This document shows positions 63,930 to 64,000 of a DNA stretch of 64,000 nucleotides, in pieces; position 1 is the stretch's first letter; each line of letters begins with the position of its first letter. The translations under genes were made by a program, and so were the position numbers. The notes below the pieces were generated by a model. It made no database searches, had not been told where the DNA came from, and saw only the letters and a program-made list of their open reading frames with translations. The DNA comes from a virus: IMG/VR virus record IMGVR_UViG_3300025418_000011; one strand, given 5' to 3'.

Positions 63930-64000
63930 ATGGCTATTAACTTCAAAAAAGGACCAGCTCTTAGCTTGGGACAAGCCGACAAGGTTGTCACGCTCGGAAC
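63930..64000 (+). CDS. 5' end of a truncated ORF (possibly capsid/decoration protein)
   Basis: MAINFKKGPALSLGQADKVVTLG..., open at the window edge after an A/C-rich leader; identity is positional only. Confidence 0.4.
   Translation, partial: MAINFKKGPALSLGQADKVVTLG

Noticed and set aside
892-63974. The many antisense or alternate-frame ORFs in the supplied track (for example 892..1311, 22582..22986, 24701..25114, 36891..37262, 42192..42614, 43134..43472, 43850..44050, 63377..63649, 63699..63974)
   Set aside because: They overlap better-supported genes, lack motifs, and have shadow-ORF composition.
1-64000. Alternative genetic code (TAG/TGA recoding), common in some jumbo phages
   Set aside because: Conserved genes (ligase, nrdA/B, RNAP fragments, GTs) are uninterrupted in code 11, and TAG and TGA both end genes at expected positions.
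1-64000. CRISPR array
   Set aside because: No run of equal-length repeats with unique spacers was seen; the repeats found are a two-copy 132-bp duplication and coding micro-repeats.

Overview
This window is a 64-kb piece of a large, AT-rich tailed dsDNA phage genome (jumbo-phage-like). It uses the standard code 11. I saw no CRISPR array, rRNA, integrase, terminase or complete capsid gene. Contents in order: (1) an early cassette and tail/fibre-like structural genes (0.1-9 kb); (2) mosaic 'polyprotein-like' genes built from small basic domains (9-12.5 kb); (3) an accessory region with YopX, an HTH protein, a 132-bp direct repeat and modular mini-genes (12.5-20.4 kb); (4) DNA and nucleotide metabolism: ATP-dependent ligase, PhoH, a class Id-like ribonucleotide reductase and dCMP deaminase; (5) a glycosyltransferase/methyltransferase/SET cluster containing an odd class II-shaped tRNA with a Thr(UGU) anticodon; (6) a multisubunit RNA polymerase broken into four genes on both strands (beta-N, beta-middle, a beta-C/beta'-N fusion carrying the catalytic DxDGD, and beta'-C); (7) a rolling-circle Rep-like HUH endonuclease gene that looks inserted; (8) a head morphogenesis module (prohead protease, scaffold/core proteins) that runs off the right edge. 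The strongest candidate for an undescribed system is a K-x-A(/S) motif. It recurs in about 20 putative head proteins, sits at domain boundaries of the mosaic proteins, and flanks the protease domain of the prohead protease itself, which suggests a phage-wide proteolytic maturation and cargo code. A bipartite promoter motif (TACCCCC-N~24-GGTATA[G/A]TA) and a terminator signature (T-run + AGCTA) recur around early cassettes and may be signals for the phage's own RNA polymerase. All homology calls come from motif recognition by eye; no searches were run.
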